A stretch of 64,000 bases of DNA from assembly GCA_946965045.2 (NCBI GenBank), contig OX337231.1, forward strand, positions 3,906,001 through 3,970,000, read 5' to 3'. The position numbers were made by a program, and so were the translations under genes. The stretch comes from Epithemia pelagica (Eukaryota > Protista > Bacillariophyta). Of the stretch, positions 43,801-52,879 are shown piece after piece (within the stretch, counting starts at the first letter, position 1; each line of letters starts with the position of its first letter). The notes beneath the pieces were generated by a model that was not told the DNA's origin, ran no database searches, and saw nothing but the letters and a program-made list of their open reading frames with translations.

Positions 43801-45965
43801 GAATGGTTATCCTCATCTTCTTCTTCCATGTCATCGTCCAAGAGAATCATGTCGGAATCACTCCCATTGGTCGTGGGAAAGGAGGACGAGGAGGACGTTT
43901 CATTTTCATCGTCATCGTCGTCGTCATCTTCTTGCAAGACATGGGTAAAAAAGGATCCATGAAAGGTGGTGTGACTGGTGAGAATGGGGGCCGATACGGA
44001 CAAGGGCATTTCTTGCTTGTCGTCATGATGATTGGCTTGTTGCAGCAGGGCTTCCAAGGCTTGGGTATGCTCTTGTTCCTGGGGGGACAAGGGAATCCAT
44101 GCCTCCTCGTTGTTGTCACGTGTGTCGTGTTCTTCTTCTTCGTCTTCGGGTCCTTCGCCTTCCCAGACGGGAGGCAAACTGCCGGGAGAAGCCGCCGCCA
44201 GTGGAGGATTCGACTGCCAGCAAGACGACAATGGGGGTTTGGAGGGTGTCCTTTGTGGTTCCGTGTCGTCGTCGGAATCAAAATCGGGATGATGAGGAAG
44301 ATGATGCTGTTCCTGGAGTGCTGCTGCTTCTTGTTGATGGTGCCGAATGGTTTCTTCATTAAAGTACGCCGTCAAATCTTCGTCTTCTTCCTCTTCTTGT
44401 TGTGGACGGTTGTCGCTCATGGGGGGATCCGGTGGTGGTTGTGGACCGTCGTTGCGGGGGGGATCCGGTTGGGTGAGCTGCAGTCGTAGTTGCGTTTGGT
44501 GATGAAGGGTCCAATCATAGGCTTGTTCCGTATCGTCATCTTGTGTGGTATCCTCGTGCGTCCATTCCGCCATGCAATCGAGCAATTGTTCCATGGCCGT
44601 CAAGGCTTCTGGTTGTTCTGGTTGTGGTTGTTCTGGTTGTTCGGCGGGGTCTGGTCGTCGTGGTGACAGACCTTGCGTGGAATTGGTTGTCGTGGTCCGA
44701 ACCGGCGCGGCTGGTTGTGGCTCCTCGAGAACCGTCGCGTAGTAACAACAATCGGGTGTGGAGTCCGCTGGTGGAAGTTGTTGCGGTGCATTCTCGGTTT
44801 CGTGTCCCTGTTGCTGTGGTGCGGGTGACGATTGTGCTGCTGAGGCATGCAATTGTTCGTGCTGGGACAATCGTCGCGCCACTTCCTTCAAAGCTGCCGT
44901 GGCCTCGGATACAGTATTGTCCGAATGCTGATGCAAACTGGCGCGTTCCAAGAGAGAGACGGGCAATCGAATGACATGAGGATCGTCATTGGGTGGTGTG
45001 GTTTCTTGGTTGGTCGATGCCTTGTTCGTTGTGGCGGGAGAGGAGGGAGAGGACCGGGATTGTCGTGGTCGGGATCCAAGAATGGGAGATGTGGGAGAGG
45101 ATCGTGCCGTTTGCCACAGAGACTTTTGCGGTGTGGAGGGAAGAGACTTGGTGGTCGACACAACCGTACGAGTCGTAGGAGCGCCCGTGTCGTCGGACGG
45201 AGGACTCTGTGGTGGGAGGGATCGATTGGGCGTCGTAGTGGGAGTCTTCCAGGAGGCCACCAATGCGGGCGTGTCTGTATTAGGATCCTTCTTCTTGTTC
45301 TTGTTGTTTTTGCTGTTGCTGCTGGTTCCATAGCCCAAACAAGCGGCTCCACAACAGGGATCATTCGGGGCCACGACATTATCGTCTCGCGCATCTTGTG
45401 GCACGAGATTGAATTGGCGCAAATGCGGCGAGACTGGAACTTGTGGTGCTTGTCGTGGAGGAGTGGTGGGTGGCGTATAGTGTAGCTGCAAGAGGGAATT
45501 GTCCAACAATCCTAGAGTCTCGGGTGGTGATGATTGCTGTTCCAGAGGACTCGAGGCGGCGGTGGAGACGGTGGGGGGTGTGGGTTTGTGGCCTGTCGCA
45601 GTGGCAGATGACGATGATGGACCAAGGGGTGTGCAGTGGCTCTTACTCGTACTAGTACTGCTCCGATTGGGGGTGGGTTGCGTAGTCGTCGTAGTCGTCG
45701 TACGAGTCGAGGCGGTAATGGTAACGGCTGTGGGTCGATTGGGACTGGACGGTCGGAGTAGTGTCTGTTTGTCTGGTGGGCCGTTGGTGTTGGTGGTGAT
45801 GTCGCGCTCCTCCTGGTTGTCTGGATCATCCTCATCGTCATCGTCGGCTTGTTCCCAGGAACATTCGGCTTCCACTGCTTCTTCCGTCTCGACAGTTTGC
45901 ACAATGCGCAATTGTTCTTCCATGACAACAGCCTCGACATTTAATTCGTTGCCAGACTGTGTCAT
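37851..45965 (-). CDS. Giant IQ-repeat protein with a C-terminal transmembrane segment and His-rich repeats
   Basis: Uninterrupted ORF of about 2700 aa; roughly 35 degenerate IQ motifs (IQRAWAAYR, IQKCWRQH, IQRALVRFR and others); acidic disordered N-terminal half; TM WTVLLLMISWSIAATILFV. Confidence 0.85.
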   Translation of the reverse strand: MTQSGNELNVEAVVMEEQLRIVQTVETEEAVEAECSWEQADDDDEDDPDNQEERDITTNTNGPPDKQTLLRPSSPNRPTAVTITASTRTTTTTTTQPTPNRSSTSTSKSHCTPLGPSSSSATATGHKPTPPTVSTAASSPLEQQSSPPETLGLLDNSLLQLHYTPPTTPPRQAPQVPVSPHLRQFNLVPQDARDDNVVAPNDPCCGAACLGYGTSSNSKNNKNKKKDPNTDTPALVASWKTPTTTPNRSLPPQSPPSDDTGAPTTRTVVSTTKSLPSTPQKSLWQTARSSPTSPILGSRPRQSRSSPSSPATTNKASTNQETTPPNDDPHVIRLPVSLLERASLHQHSDNTVSEATAALKEVARRLSQHEQLHASAAQSSPAPQQQGHETENAPQQLPPADSTPDCCYYATVLEEPQPAAPVRTTTTNSTQGLSPRRPDPAEQPEQPQPEQPEALTAMEQLLDCMAEWTHEDTTQDDDTEQAYDWTLHHQTQLRLQLTQPDPPRNDGPQPPPDPPMSDNRPQQEEEEDEDLTAYFNEETIRHHQQEAAALQEQHHLPHHPDFDSDDDTEPQRTPSKPPLSSCWQSNPPLAAASPGSLPPVWEGEGPEDEEEEHDTRDNNEEAWIPLSPQEQEHTQALEALLQQANHHDDKQEMPLSVSAPILTSHTTFHGSFFTHVLQEDDDDDDDENETSSSSSFPTTNGSDSDMILLDDDMEEEDEDNHSSTSSSTHFSIHQVLDGSSSTPNTRSTSVVQEHTQVVVTQPWVIPQEPDDEEASCSQAQDEEDEDTHSMEAQPDWSRPDQQPPPHQETSVGMSGKEKKSTVDGDAVSTTTATTVASTAVASSILDQLGRDGGSTPSPLLLTATTTTTTTTTQTLDLDRMGTEEKKEDDRPVSGQCSSPQEKKKTEEEHEPTTVLTNGVVLPIKDQLTQPNGSSGAMGVMSEVVQHWQSMVGSPPTNESTTNGSMMKAEKDENPSALEVNPSVTEETQCTPPRTKPTLTLSTPEQDVLSSSPYDDLKLIPLTNTTPPRSSSKSVTSGAFSEESFTLATNFVTTPQRPVVEAEVDCVLEDVAKENASPPRVVKAHEYPAEDDNDEKNDVDNDDDEAKGHSRTSSMQTEYNSSKAPTTNDGMVEDIQQMGETMFVASSPPSSPMSAKRQEALEESNNRKGEDDESDVYTSSSSEDDSTLTQAGSMSSSGTLSSTSSAGQTTAAAALGANSSLLCPVKEGEEEEHEADELLFSSLSNSSLDKASEHELVQPSVVDRRMNSLVRQEHLNVKDLKVVVIQALVRGYLVRIQKPVDTETLQHEGAQDERRKSKLGRFVPKSLKLMRPRSPKSRRESKEVTPDKSPRSTSPGGRQRRLGSLVRRSAGGLFRRSNVWVSSNSLSPKREKSVENTKSLEPRQEVDHTNGESETEVDVKIEEESNAFALDKDSKATRLQAFVRLHLVQSMVRRQKRAAVLIQKCWRQHVLMQRIAAAKTICRVMSLHHRRRLADMERQRKEQDAVRVLQQAWKRHLSAKNRRENAAAETLQRAFSLYHEKCTMERRQNRAALTIQRVLAAFRTRRGQEKRCEHAALVIQRTFSWYRAKCIRIARRRDEAARILQCVWRQYRKEEAAKIVIQRSLICYHECLKRERTMLKEAAATQVICRVLSSYHSQLVSKKRVREMKAQQQVATRAIQLSWRRYRENKYALVIQRALIRHRALVILERRIRKPKDRAATIIQKCWRTYQEEQSKRTDFQRELVRYHARYMRRYRREQIQKKRESAACIIERAFYCHQARCIFLILQKEALRKSMAARTIQRALRLYVWPMCVLRKEREALLAREKASQTIHRFVVYHHIRRCAALRQQREEHASLVILRSLSKHHAMCVSKRNREALHRQLIKSADVIERAWRVCSAKRELEAKKEQRRLEDRRHNASRTIVGAMSNYRVKCIAERKLAHASRVISRSLSLFHARCIAERNAVALRNQRMASANAISRTWLTYRSKQELKRMRLHRVRSEASKIISRAMRSYHAKCVLERKIEQRRESQSEEKKQPDLNSVALRRNRMNSSAAVIQRAWAAYRARFVARMRRRAMALRKRRTEVVTSNESKSQPKANAQEKNAFTRRRARMAGAATAIQRAWALYREKCVIENNLKKQRAVVRQRDRVIGAVKVVQRAWLVYRAKCTVELRRQERDAISRHQNRLHAAARCIQETWASYLLKCRQERERKRAEIKASRIIVSVMKQYCEKCRLVRKQMSSASLIGMAWLVYRAKCLVQQKKLERADRARITISRAILRYRSRCIFEHEMESASIIQCAWLVYVAKCEMDQRQKERLHFASRTIQRALVRFRAECVLEQKIVLRRQQLLRESLAAQTICRVLERNRVKTVTKRNLRIMAASVIVWRALSCHRFRCAVAKKIKARQEENERSAAAVVIQRAFHQSRTVFEDPAIGDKVSGSLFTRWTVLLLMISWSIAATILFVKPQDKIVDSSRNATWAGMHHHEHTVFGHGKHRHAALGHFERRYLEDHEHVKPSSSPSTEPPVPMSAHPSGQRNDKRSSESKHASIERTSSKMSRSTRPHTSPVVSTKTSNAPISSEPSSSSVRDFTAPPYLQSFLQSQSDESLSATKEAGHDATWAGMHHHEHPVYGHGKHRHTALHHFENRYMEDHQFDRSSSIASKDDPVSESTNDSADKSQPHGSGPFSAVSEWEWLASRVKKQNNES

Positions 45966-47611
45966 GATTGAGAAAACGCACCAGAGGGACCCGTGTGTGA
46001 TTGTGATGGATCGGAGATGATCGACTTTTGCACCTCTTTCATATGTCTCTCCTCGCCAGCCAGCGAATCCTTTCGTGGGAGGGGCAGCACCTTTGGAGAA
46101 GGATCGTGTGGAGACTCCACTCGACTTCTCTCTCTGTTTCAACAGAAATGGGATGAGAGTGAGTGGATTGTGTCCTATTGCTTTGTTCGCTTTCACTGAA
46201 CACCCAAAAAAAGGATGAGATGCTAATGCCACTACAGACCCGGCCGGCCACAACGGAACTCGTACCTAAGCACGATGGCACGCCAGCCTCTATCTCTCGA
46301 CTCCACGTGGACCGACTGGCTGTAGTAGATTTTTCACAAACGTCCAACGACCATTGGCATGCGTTTGGACTTTGCAGGAATCAATGACTCCATGAGAATG
46401 GGGCGCAAATTTTGGAATTGCGTCGAGCAAATGCCCCCCATGTCGAGGCGCGCGCGAGGAAAAATCTCTGCCTGTGGCTGGCGAAGCCAGAAATTTCAAA
46501 TACGGCACCGGCCCGGCACACGCGCGCCGCTCTCGAGCAAGAGCGGGTCGAAGGACGGACTGATTGACACCCAAGTCCCAAGTTGTGAGTCCCGATTCCT
46601 GATTTCAATTAGACTACTCCCTCTAGCTCTTTCTCCTAGTCTCATTTCGATCTAGACCTACACGGTACGAGTAGATAGACTTGTCGATTGTTCCAGATCC
46701 CCTTGTCCTACCGACACAAGAGAACGATGGATGGAACCACCTAGCAGGAATCCTCCAGGAAAGGACACTTGGAATGCTGGACACAGAAAGAGCCAGAACC
46801 AAATGCTTTGGTGTCTCTCCAGAAAAAAAGATTACTACCAAGCATGACATGGATGATCCATGGAGAATGCATGAGTTGGAAAGCCATGTATCTATCCAAT
46901 AGGATTAGGAAATTGACGACGACGACGACGACAAGACTTGATCCAAACGTCGCTCCTGTTCCCTTGGTTCCCCTCACCCAAGGAAATGACACGTGTTTGG
47001 TATTTGTTGTTTGTTTGGTCCCAACAAACGCAGTTTGGTGTGTGGGATGGAACGAGTGTCGAGCCCGTACCATTCTCCTCCTTGGCTGGATCCCCTACAC
47101 CCGGGGGATTCCATTCATTGTGGGCAGCAGTACTCCTCCCGTTGTGTATAATAATCTAGTAGGGCCCTTGTGGATGTGGTAGGCGAATTACACGGAAGTG
47201 GACGATGTCGTACTGGCGGTATCCAACGACGGTCGTCGTCGTTCGGGTTGTGGTTTCTTGTTTGTGTGGTGGTCGTGATTGGACTTGGTGGTCATGGTCT
47301 TGGGGTGACGCCCGGACTGTTCCATCCGTTGTGCTGCTTCTTGTTCTTGAACGACTCGCAAAAATCGACTCGTCAAAGTCGGTCGTCCAAATCGGCCCTT
47401 CATCATCCTGTCAAACTACACAAGACAAATGGAACGGATCAATCAATCAATCAATTGAGTGTGATGGATATCGTGTGGTGTCTCTTGTTTCGCTCTCTGG
47501 GACGTGGTTTGGCTTGGCTAGCGTGGAGCTTTTGGTGTATACACTCGTCTGCTGCGGACTCGTTTGTGCGGTTCTTCACTCTGTTACTGCTGTCACCACA
47601 AAGCCTCACAA

Positions 47612-47650
<39 letters not shown>

Positions 47651-48351
47651 CTCGTTTTATAGATCCACCAAACCTTTTGAGACAAGAGGTCCAAAACAAC
47701 ACAACCACCACAAAAACAAAATAGAGAATCAAACGTGTGTCCTCAGTCCTCAACCCTTGTGCGTTGATAGGATTGTTCCGTCCCGGATGACAGTCCACGC
47801 AAACAACAGCCCATGGCCCACGAGAATTACGAGTAGAATGTCCCGTTGTAGGAATCTGGTACACTGCTACGAGATCCAGCTGCAAACCAGGCACGACCAA
47901 ACAGTCTCTGTTTGTTCCGGCAAATGACCGGCAGGCTTTACGTCGCTTTCGGGTCGCTCTTATCATTGGGTCGCCGAGAGAGCGGACAAAAAAGTCGATC
48001 CATTGCTCTGACACTCTCTCATTCATTGTGAAGAATCTCGGTGGGGTGTCGATGGATGGTGGTGGATGGTCGAGGACTGTCTCTGTTTAGGTGGTTCGTT
48101 GTTGTTTGGGATATTTATCTGTTCTCTCTCAATCTCTCTATTGCACGGTTCGGAGGGAGGTTCTGCGGGAACTGTCCTGTTATTGGTTCCTGTGGATTTC
48201 CGTGACTCCATACGTGGTCTTTGAAACCAAGAACAAAATTCCAAGAGGGACCTCCACTCTCTTTGTTGGTAGTTCGAACCACGCATTTTCTCGACAACAA
48301 CACCAGTGGCGCGCTGCCCTGGACGGTTTGGGGACGACCAAAGGACACAAT

Positions 48352-51300
48352 ATGACGACGACGACCAGAAGAACCTGCCAAGAGGACGACGCCAACCAGA
48401 ATGACTCGGTGGCGTCTGGTTTGTCGCAACAACAACAGAACCGGATGGGCGGTTATGTGTGTCCAACATGTGGGTACCATGCCACCACGACTGCCACCAC
48501 AACACCAACTGGGACCACCCCAATCGTCACCGGAACGACGACGGTCCACCATGCCCCCAGGGCACCTACTGCTACTACGATCCGACCGTCCTTGCAACGA
48601 CAACGATTCTTGTCGTCGTCCTCCTCCTCCTCGTCCTCTGCCACGTCCAATACTACAACCACAAGGACCGACCCGTTCCATCCTCTGGCCAATCCTACAA
48701 CGACCAGCAGCACAACCCATCACAACCAAATAAGGAATCATCCGAGGGAGGATGGTCCACATTGCCACAGTCTCCACCATCACAATACTCCTCCTTCTTT
48801 TTCTGCCACGACCACCAGCATGCTCGACTGTCGTCGGCAGGTTTGGTATTGGACGCGTCACTTGCAACACTTGCAATATCAGCAAGCCCGGCACTTGCTC
48901 TTGTCGCTCTTGTCCACGAGCCAAGGACCTCGCATTTGGTCGCAAGTCTTGTATCCACAAGCCGGAGCCACAACCAGTACGAGTCGTTCATCCGAAGAAT
49001 TGTCGTTGTCGTCCAACAACACTCGATTGCCCTTGTGTTGGCACAAGGATGTGGTCTTGGCCGTCTTGGCGTCTCCATCGACTGCCGAGTGTCCCTTGCC
49101 ACGACCCTTGCAATGGACCGTCATGTCGGTCCAGGGACGATTCGAACACGAGGCACCCATCCAGTACTTGTCCGATGCCGACATTGTGCTCGCCTATTGG
49201 AACCGCAGCGATGGCCGGGAAACTCAAGTGCCTAGTCGAACCACCACCCCGACGCAACCACACTCTCTGTATGAGGCAGCCTATCAAATCTTTGTCGAAC
49301 CAGCCGCAGCTGCCCATCCTACCAATACGCGGCAACACAGCACTTCGCCTTCCTCAGGAGGAGAGGAATTATCCATTCCGTACCAGCAGGAGGACACGAA
49401 TGCCTCCCTGGCCCAACCACCACAACCACAATCATTGCAAGAACAACAACGAACCATTGTCTTGCCACCCGAAATACTGGACCCTACTCAGGGACGGTTG
49501 CATCGGGCCTTGGCCAAGTGGCCACTCTTGACCGTGTCGCAACTGGTCCAACACTATGGGGCACCACCATCACCTTCACCACAGCAGGCAGAGGAACAAA
49601 AAGAAACAAACCAAACAACAACAAAAGAAACACAAGAACACGAAACAGGAACGGAGGATCCGAATGCTCCTACTACTACGGCTCCAACCGAAACGGCTGA
49701 TAGTAGTGTGTGGTCCCGGTTCAACGTCCAGTCCTATATTCTCCAGGGTCTCTTGTCCTGTCCACAGTGCAGTCGTCGTACGACGACTAGTACTATTACC
49801 GACTCGCATCGATCGTCATCATCATCGTCCTTCTCCTCCGCAAATAGCCAACCTCATCGATTGGCGCTCTTGTACTTGTTGCATCGGGCTTGTCCCGCAC
49901 TCCGAGACGACGCCACGACCATGTTGGCCGTCATGCAAACCATGGTTTGGTCGACACAAGACATGGGTCCCTCGTGGTTGGGACCGCAATTGCAACACGA
50001 CGCAACCTTTGGCAAGACGCTCATGGAAACGGCATTGTATGTGCCAGCCACCATTTTGCGATGCTTTGCCACCAAAATTCGCTGTCATTCCTTACCAGTG
50101 GTGTTGGCCGCCTGTCACCGCAATGGCGAAACACTGTTGCATACCGGATCGGGATTGCGTCGTCATGCCAAGGTCGTCCAGGTGGCCAGTCGGCAGGAAC
50201 CCACGGCCGTGCGACATGCCCTGTCGGGATCCAGTACCGAACGGTTGCGACGCGATGGACTGTTTTGGCGAACCTTGTTGCAACGCGTCTCAACCAAGGC
50301 TTCGGCCGTGCCCTCGATTCAAACCCTGCTGCAACACTTGCATCCCAGTCTCTTGCAACCGCCGTCGTCAACTCACACTCACCCGCAGAATTCCAACCAC
50401 AACAACAACAATCCTCACAATCATCATCACACCAATCACAATTGGGATATTTGCTTGTTGGTGGCACGTGCTGGATGGCAAGCCTTGCCTCGTGCCTGGT
50501 ATTCCAATGCCACCTTTTGGAAACAAGCCATTGTACAATCCCACTTGTCCTTGTCCGACTTGCCGCCACCCTTTCAATTAGTAGTGCACCCCACGACGAC
50601 CACCACCAACGACAATGACTACGACGACGAGTTGGGCAGTTCCTCCTCTCACCACCGAAAACGAAGGACTCCCAAACGAAACGCCCACCACCAAACCAAT
50701 ACCAACACCAACAACAACCATAACAACCATACCAATCCAGACGATCGTGTACGGGCCGATGTGCTCTTGACATGCTTGTATCAAGCAGCCTTGGATTGTG
50801 CCTATCTCGTGGATCCACAGGACGTGCTGGAACTCTTTCGACAATTTCCCCATTTGCTCCACACGGACAGTGAACGAGCCATTTTCCCACTCTTTTGGTA
50901 TGCCAAAGCCCGGCAACGGCCGACGGCCGCCAATGGCAATGGCGAGACGGTTTCGTCCCGAACCATGGACGACCCGGAGGCCTTGTCGTCCTCGTCCTCG
51001 TCCTCCTCTTTGTTGCAGCAAATTCCCTCCACGGTATGGTCCAACCAAGCAGTCATGATGCAAGCCTTGTCCCTCTATCCACAATCGACTTTGGAATGGA
51101 TCCATGTGGATTTGTTGACACAACATCCGGAACTCATTCAAACCGCATTGGATGTCTATGGTGCCAGGACATTGGAATATCTACCACCTCATGTGCAACG
51201 TACACACGTGGAACTGGTCGTCCAAGCCGTGTATTGTCTTGGGGATGGCAACCATAATGGACGATTCTCGCAACCGTCACCAGGACAAGACGAGAATGAA

Positions 51301-52392
51301 ATTGGAGCAACTGGTAGACAAGATCCTTCGAATAGTACCCGCAACGATCGCGAAGCCCGAGCGGGTCCAGCAGTTCTACAAGACGTGACCCTCTCTTCTT
51401 TTACTCCATCCACATCCTCCTCAAGTGCAGCGTTGCCTCGTCCTAGTTTGTGGTCCGTGTACAATTGGATTCTTCCCGAACTCTGGCACGATGCACGCCT
51501 GGCCATTGCTTGGGTATCGGTGGGTGGTAATTTCTTACACGACGATTTTTCACCTCACTTTGATTCCAATACGGAACTCTTCTTGGCCATGGCCAAGGCA
51601 CAAGAACCACAATTGCGCTTGCAACAGTACGAACGACAACAGGAATTGCTGTTGCAACAACTCAATCTGCCACAATCGCCCTCATCACAGGCCAATCCAC
51701 CCATGCTCCATGACCGACCGCTTCCCCCACGGCAGGGCAATACATTGTGGTGTGGCGATGTGGTGTTTGCGAGTGAAGCCTTGTTGGGGGACCGATCTTT
51801 TTTGGAACAGGCGATCCGCTACAATGGTCATGTGCTGTGGGAAGGCCGGAATGGATTGAATCGTGATTTGGACCTGGCCACCTTGGCAGTGGCATCGACA
51901 CCCACCTTGCTGGATGGATACGATTGGAATTGCCTGTACAGCAGTACCGCCGGCACCACCCCATTCCTGTCGTCGTCATTCCTGGACGATGAAGCTGGTT
52001 CGCACGGAGAGGCGCCGGAGGGTGACTATGAGTTTTGTCTGGCTCTGTCGCATCATGTGCACCAACGGCTGTCGGTGTATCATGCCTTTATGGAATTTGT
52101 TTTGGGCATTGCCTTTTCCGAGCGACAACAACATGTCCAAGAGGAGGAGAACTGCGGCAATGAACTGTTCACTGTTGCTGCGAGTAGCAAGGCTGACGAT
52201 ACAAGGGGAAACGTTGGCCAACCACAAGAATCGTGCTGTGTTTTGGGCATGTTGCGGGTGGGGAAAGAAACCACTCAAGCCTTGCAACACTTGATTGCGC
52301 TCTATGTAGGGATTCCCATGGGAGAAGATTTGCAAACACTGTGTCGGGCATCGGATCACTTGGCGGCCTACGGGTTTTCGAACGAAAGATAG
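48352..52392 (+). CDS. DUF4116-like helical repeat protein
   Basis: Long ORF with motifs such as LPVVLAACHRNGETL, VWSNQAVMMQAL and FASEALLGDRSFLEQAIRYNGHVL. Confidence 0.7.
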   Translation: MTTTTRRTCQEDDANQNDSVASGLSQQQQNRMGGYVCPTCGYHATTTATTTPTGTTPIVTGTTTVHHAPRAPTATTIRPSLQRQRFLSSSSSSSSSATSNTTTTRTDPFHPLANPTTTSSTTHHNQIRNHPREDGPHCHSLHHHNTPPSFSATTTSMLDCRRQVWYWTRHLQHLQYQQARHLLLSLLSTSQGPRIWSQVLYPQAGATTSTSRSSEELSLSSNNTRLPLCWHKDVVLAVLASPSTAECPLPRPLQWTVMSVQGRFEHEAPIQYLSDADIVLAYWNRSDGRETQVPSRTTTPTQPHSLYEAAYQIFVEPAAAAHPTNTRQHSTSPSSGGEELSIPYQQEDTNASLAQPPQPQSLQEQQRTIVLPPEILDPTQGRLHRALAKWPLLTVSQLVQHYGAPPSPSPQQAEEQKETNQTTTKETQEHETGTEDPNAPTTTAPTETADSSVWSRFNVQSYILQGLLSCPQCSRRTTTSTITDSHRSSSSSSFSSANSQPHRLALLYLLHRACPALRDDATTMLAVMQTMVWSTQDMGPSWLGPQLQHDATFGKTLMETALYVPATILRCFATKIRCHSLPVVLAACHRNGETLLHTGSGLRRHAKVVQVASRQEPTAVRHALSGSSTERLRRDGLFWRTLLQRVSTKASAVPSIQTLLQHLHPSLLQPPSSTHTHPQNSNHNNNNPHNHHHTNHNWDICLLVARAGWQALPRAWYSNATFWKQAIVQSHLSLSDLPPPFQLVVHPTTTTTNDNDYDDELGSSSSHHRKRRTPKRNAHHQTNTNTNNNHNNHTNPDDRVRADVLLTCLYQAALDCAYLVDPQDVLELFRQFPHLLHTDSERAIFPLFWYAKARQRPTAANGNGETVSSRTMDDPEALSSSSSSSSLLQQIPSTVWSNQAVMMQALSLYPQSTLEWIHVDLLTQHPELIQTALDVYGARTLEYLPPHVQRTHVELVVQAVYCLGDGNHNGRFSQPSPGQDENEIGATGRQDPSNSTRNDREARAGPAVLQDVTLSSFTPSTSSSSAALPRPSLWSVYNWILPELWHDARLAIAWVSVGGNFLHDDFSPHFDSNTELFLAMAKAQEPQLRLQQYERQQELLLQQLNLPQSPSSQANPPMLHDRPLPPRQGNTLWCGDVVFASEALLGDRSFLEQAIRYNGHVLWEGRNGLNRDLDLATLAVASTPTLLDGYDWNCLYSSTAGTTPFLSSSFLDDEAGSHGEAPEGDYEFCLALSHHVHQRLSVYHAFMEFVLGIAFSERQQHVQEEENCGNELFTVAASSKADDTRGNVGQPQESCCVLGMLRVGKETTQALQHLIALYVGIPMGEDLQTLCRASDHLAAYGFSNER

Positions 52393-52879
52393 GCCTGACA
52401 TGACAGGTAACGACAACGCAATATACTAGGATTAAGATTTTCCCTCTATCACGAATCCACACAGCAGAGTGAGGCACACATTTCGTGTCCGGAGCACTCG
52501 ATTCCTCAATCTTTTAAACACATGGCGCGACATGAGTGAGGACACAGAATCGTAGACAATACGGTTGTATTCTCTCCATCCTTCAGTGTTGGTAATAGCC
52601 GGCTTTCTGGAAAATTGTGGTCAACGTGGTCGTTCTTGTCGTTGTCGTCACAATGATTTGACGCAAGTTTGCGGTTGTCGTTGCCAGACGGTCCATGATG
52701 ATGGCACTCTTTACACCGGAGATTTAGACGACGCCAGAAGGAGCGTACAGCTCAATCCAGTAGCCACAGTCTCTGTGTTGCGGTTCGGTTTGTAACATGA
52801 CAGCAGCCCTGTAGAGTTGGTCCGTGGACATGGCATAGAGGACCTCGCATGGTTCACCTCATAACATGTACACAAAGAG

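Noticed and set aside
46395-46520. E2F/CHR-like cell-cycle promoter motifs upstream of the IQ gene
   Set aside because: Short degenerate matches; not distinguishable from chance
8550-47645. Microsatellites such as (TCG)n at about 8550, poly-G at about 12046 and (TC)n at about 47612
   Set aside because: Ordinary simple repeats, common throughout this genome
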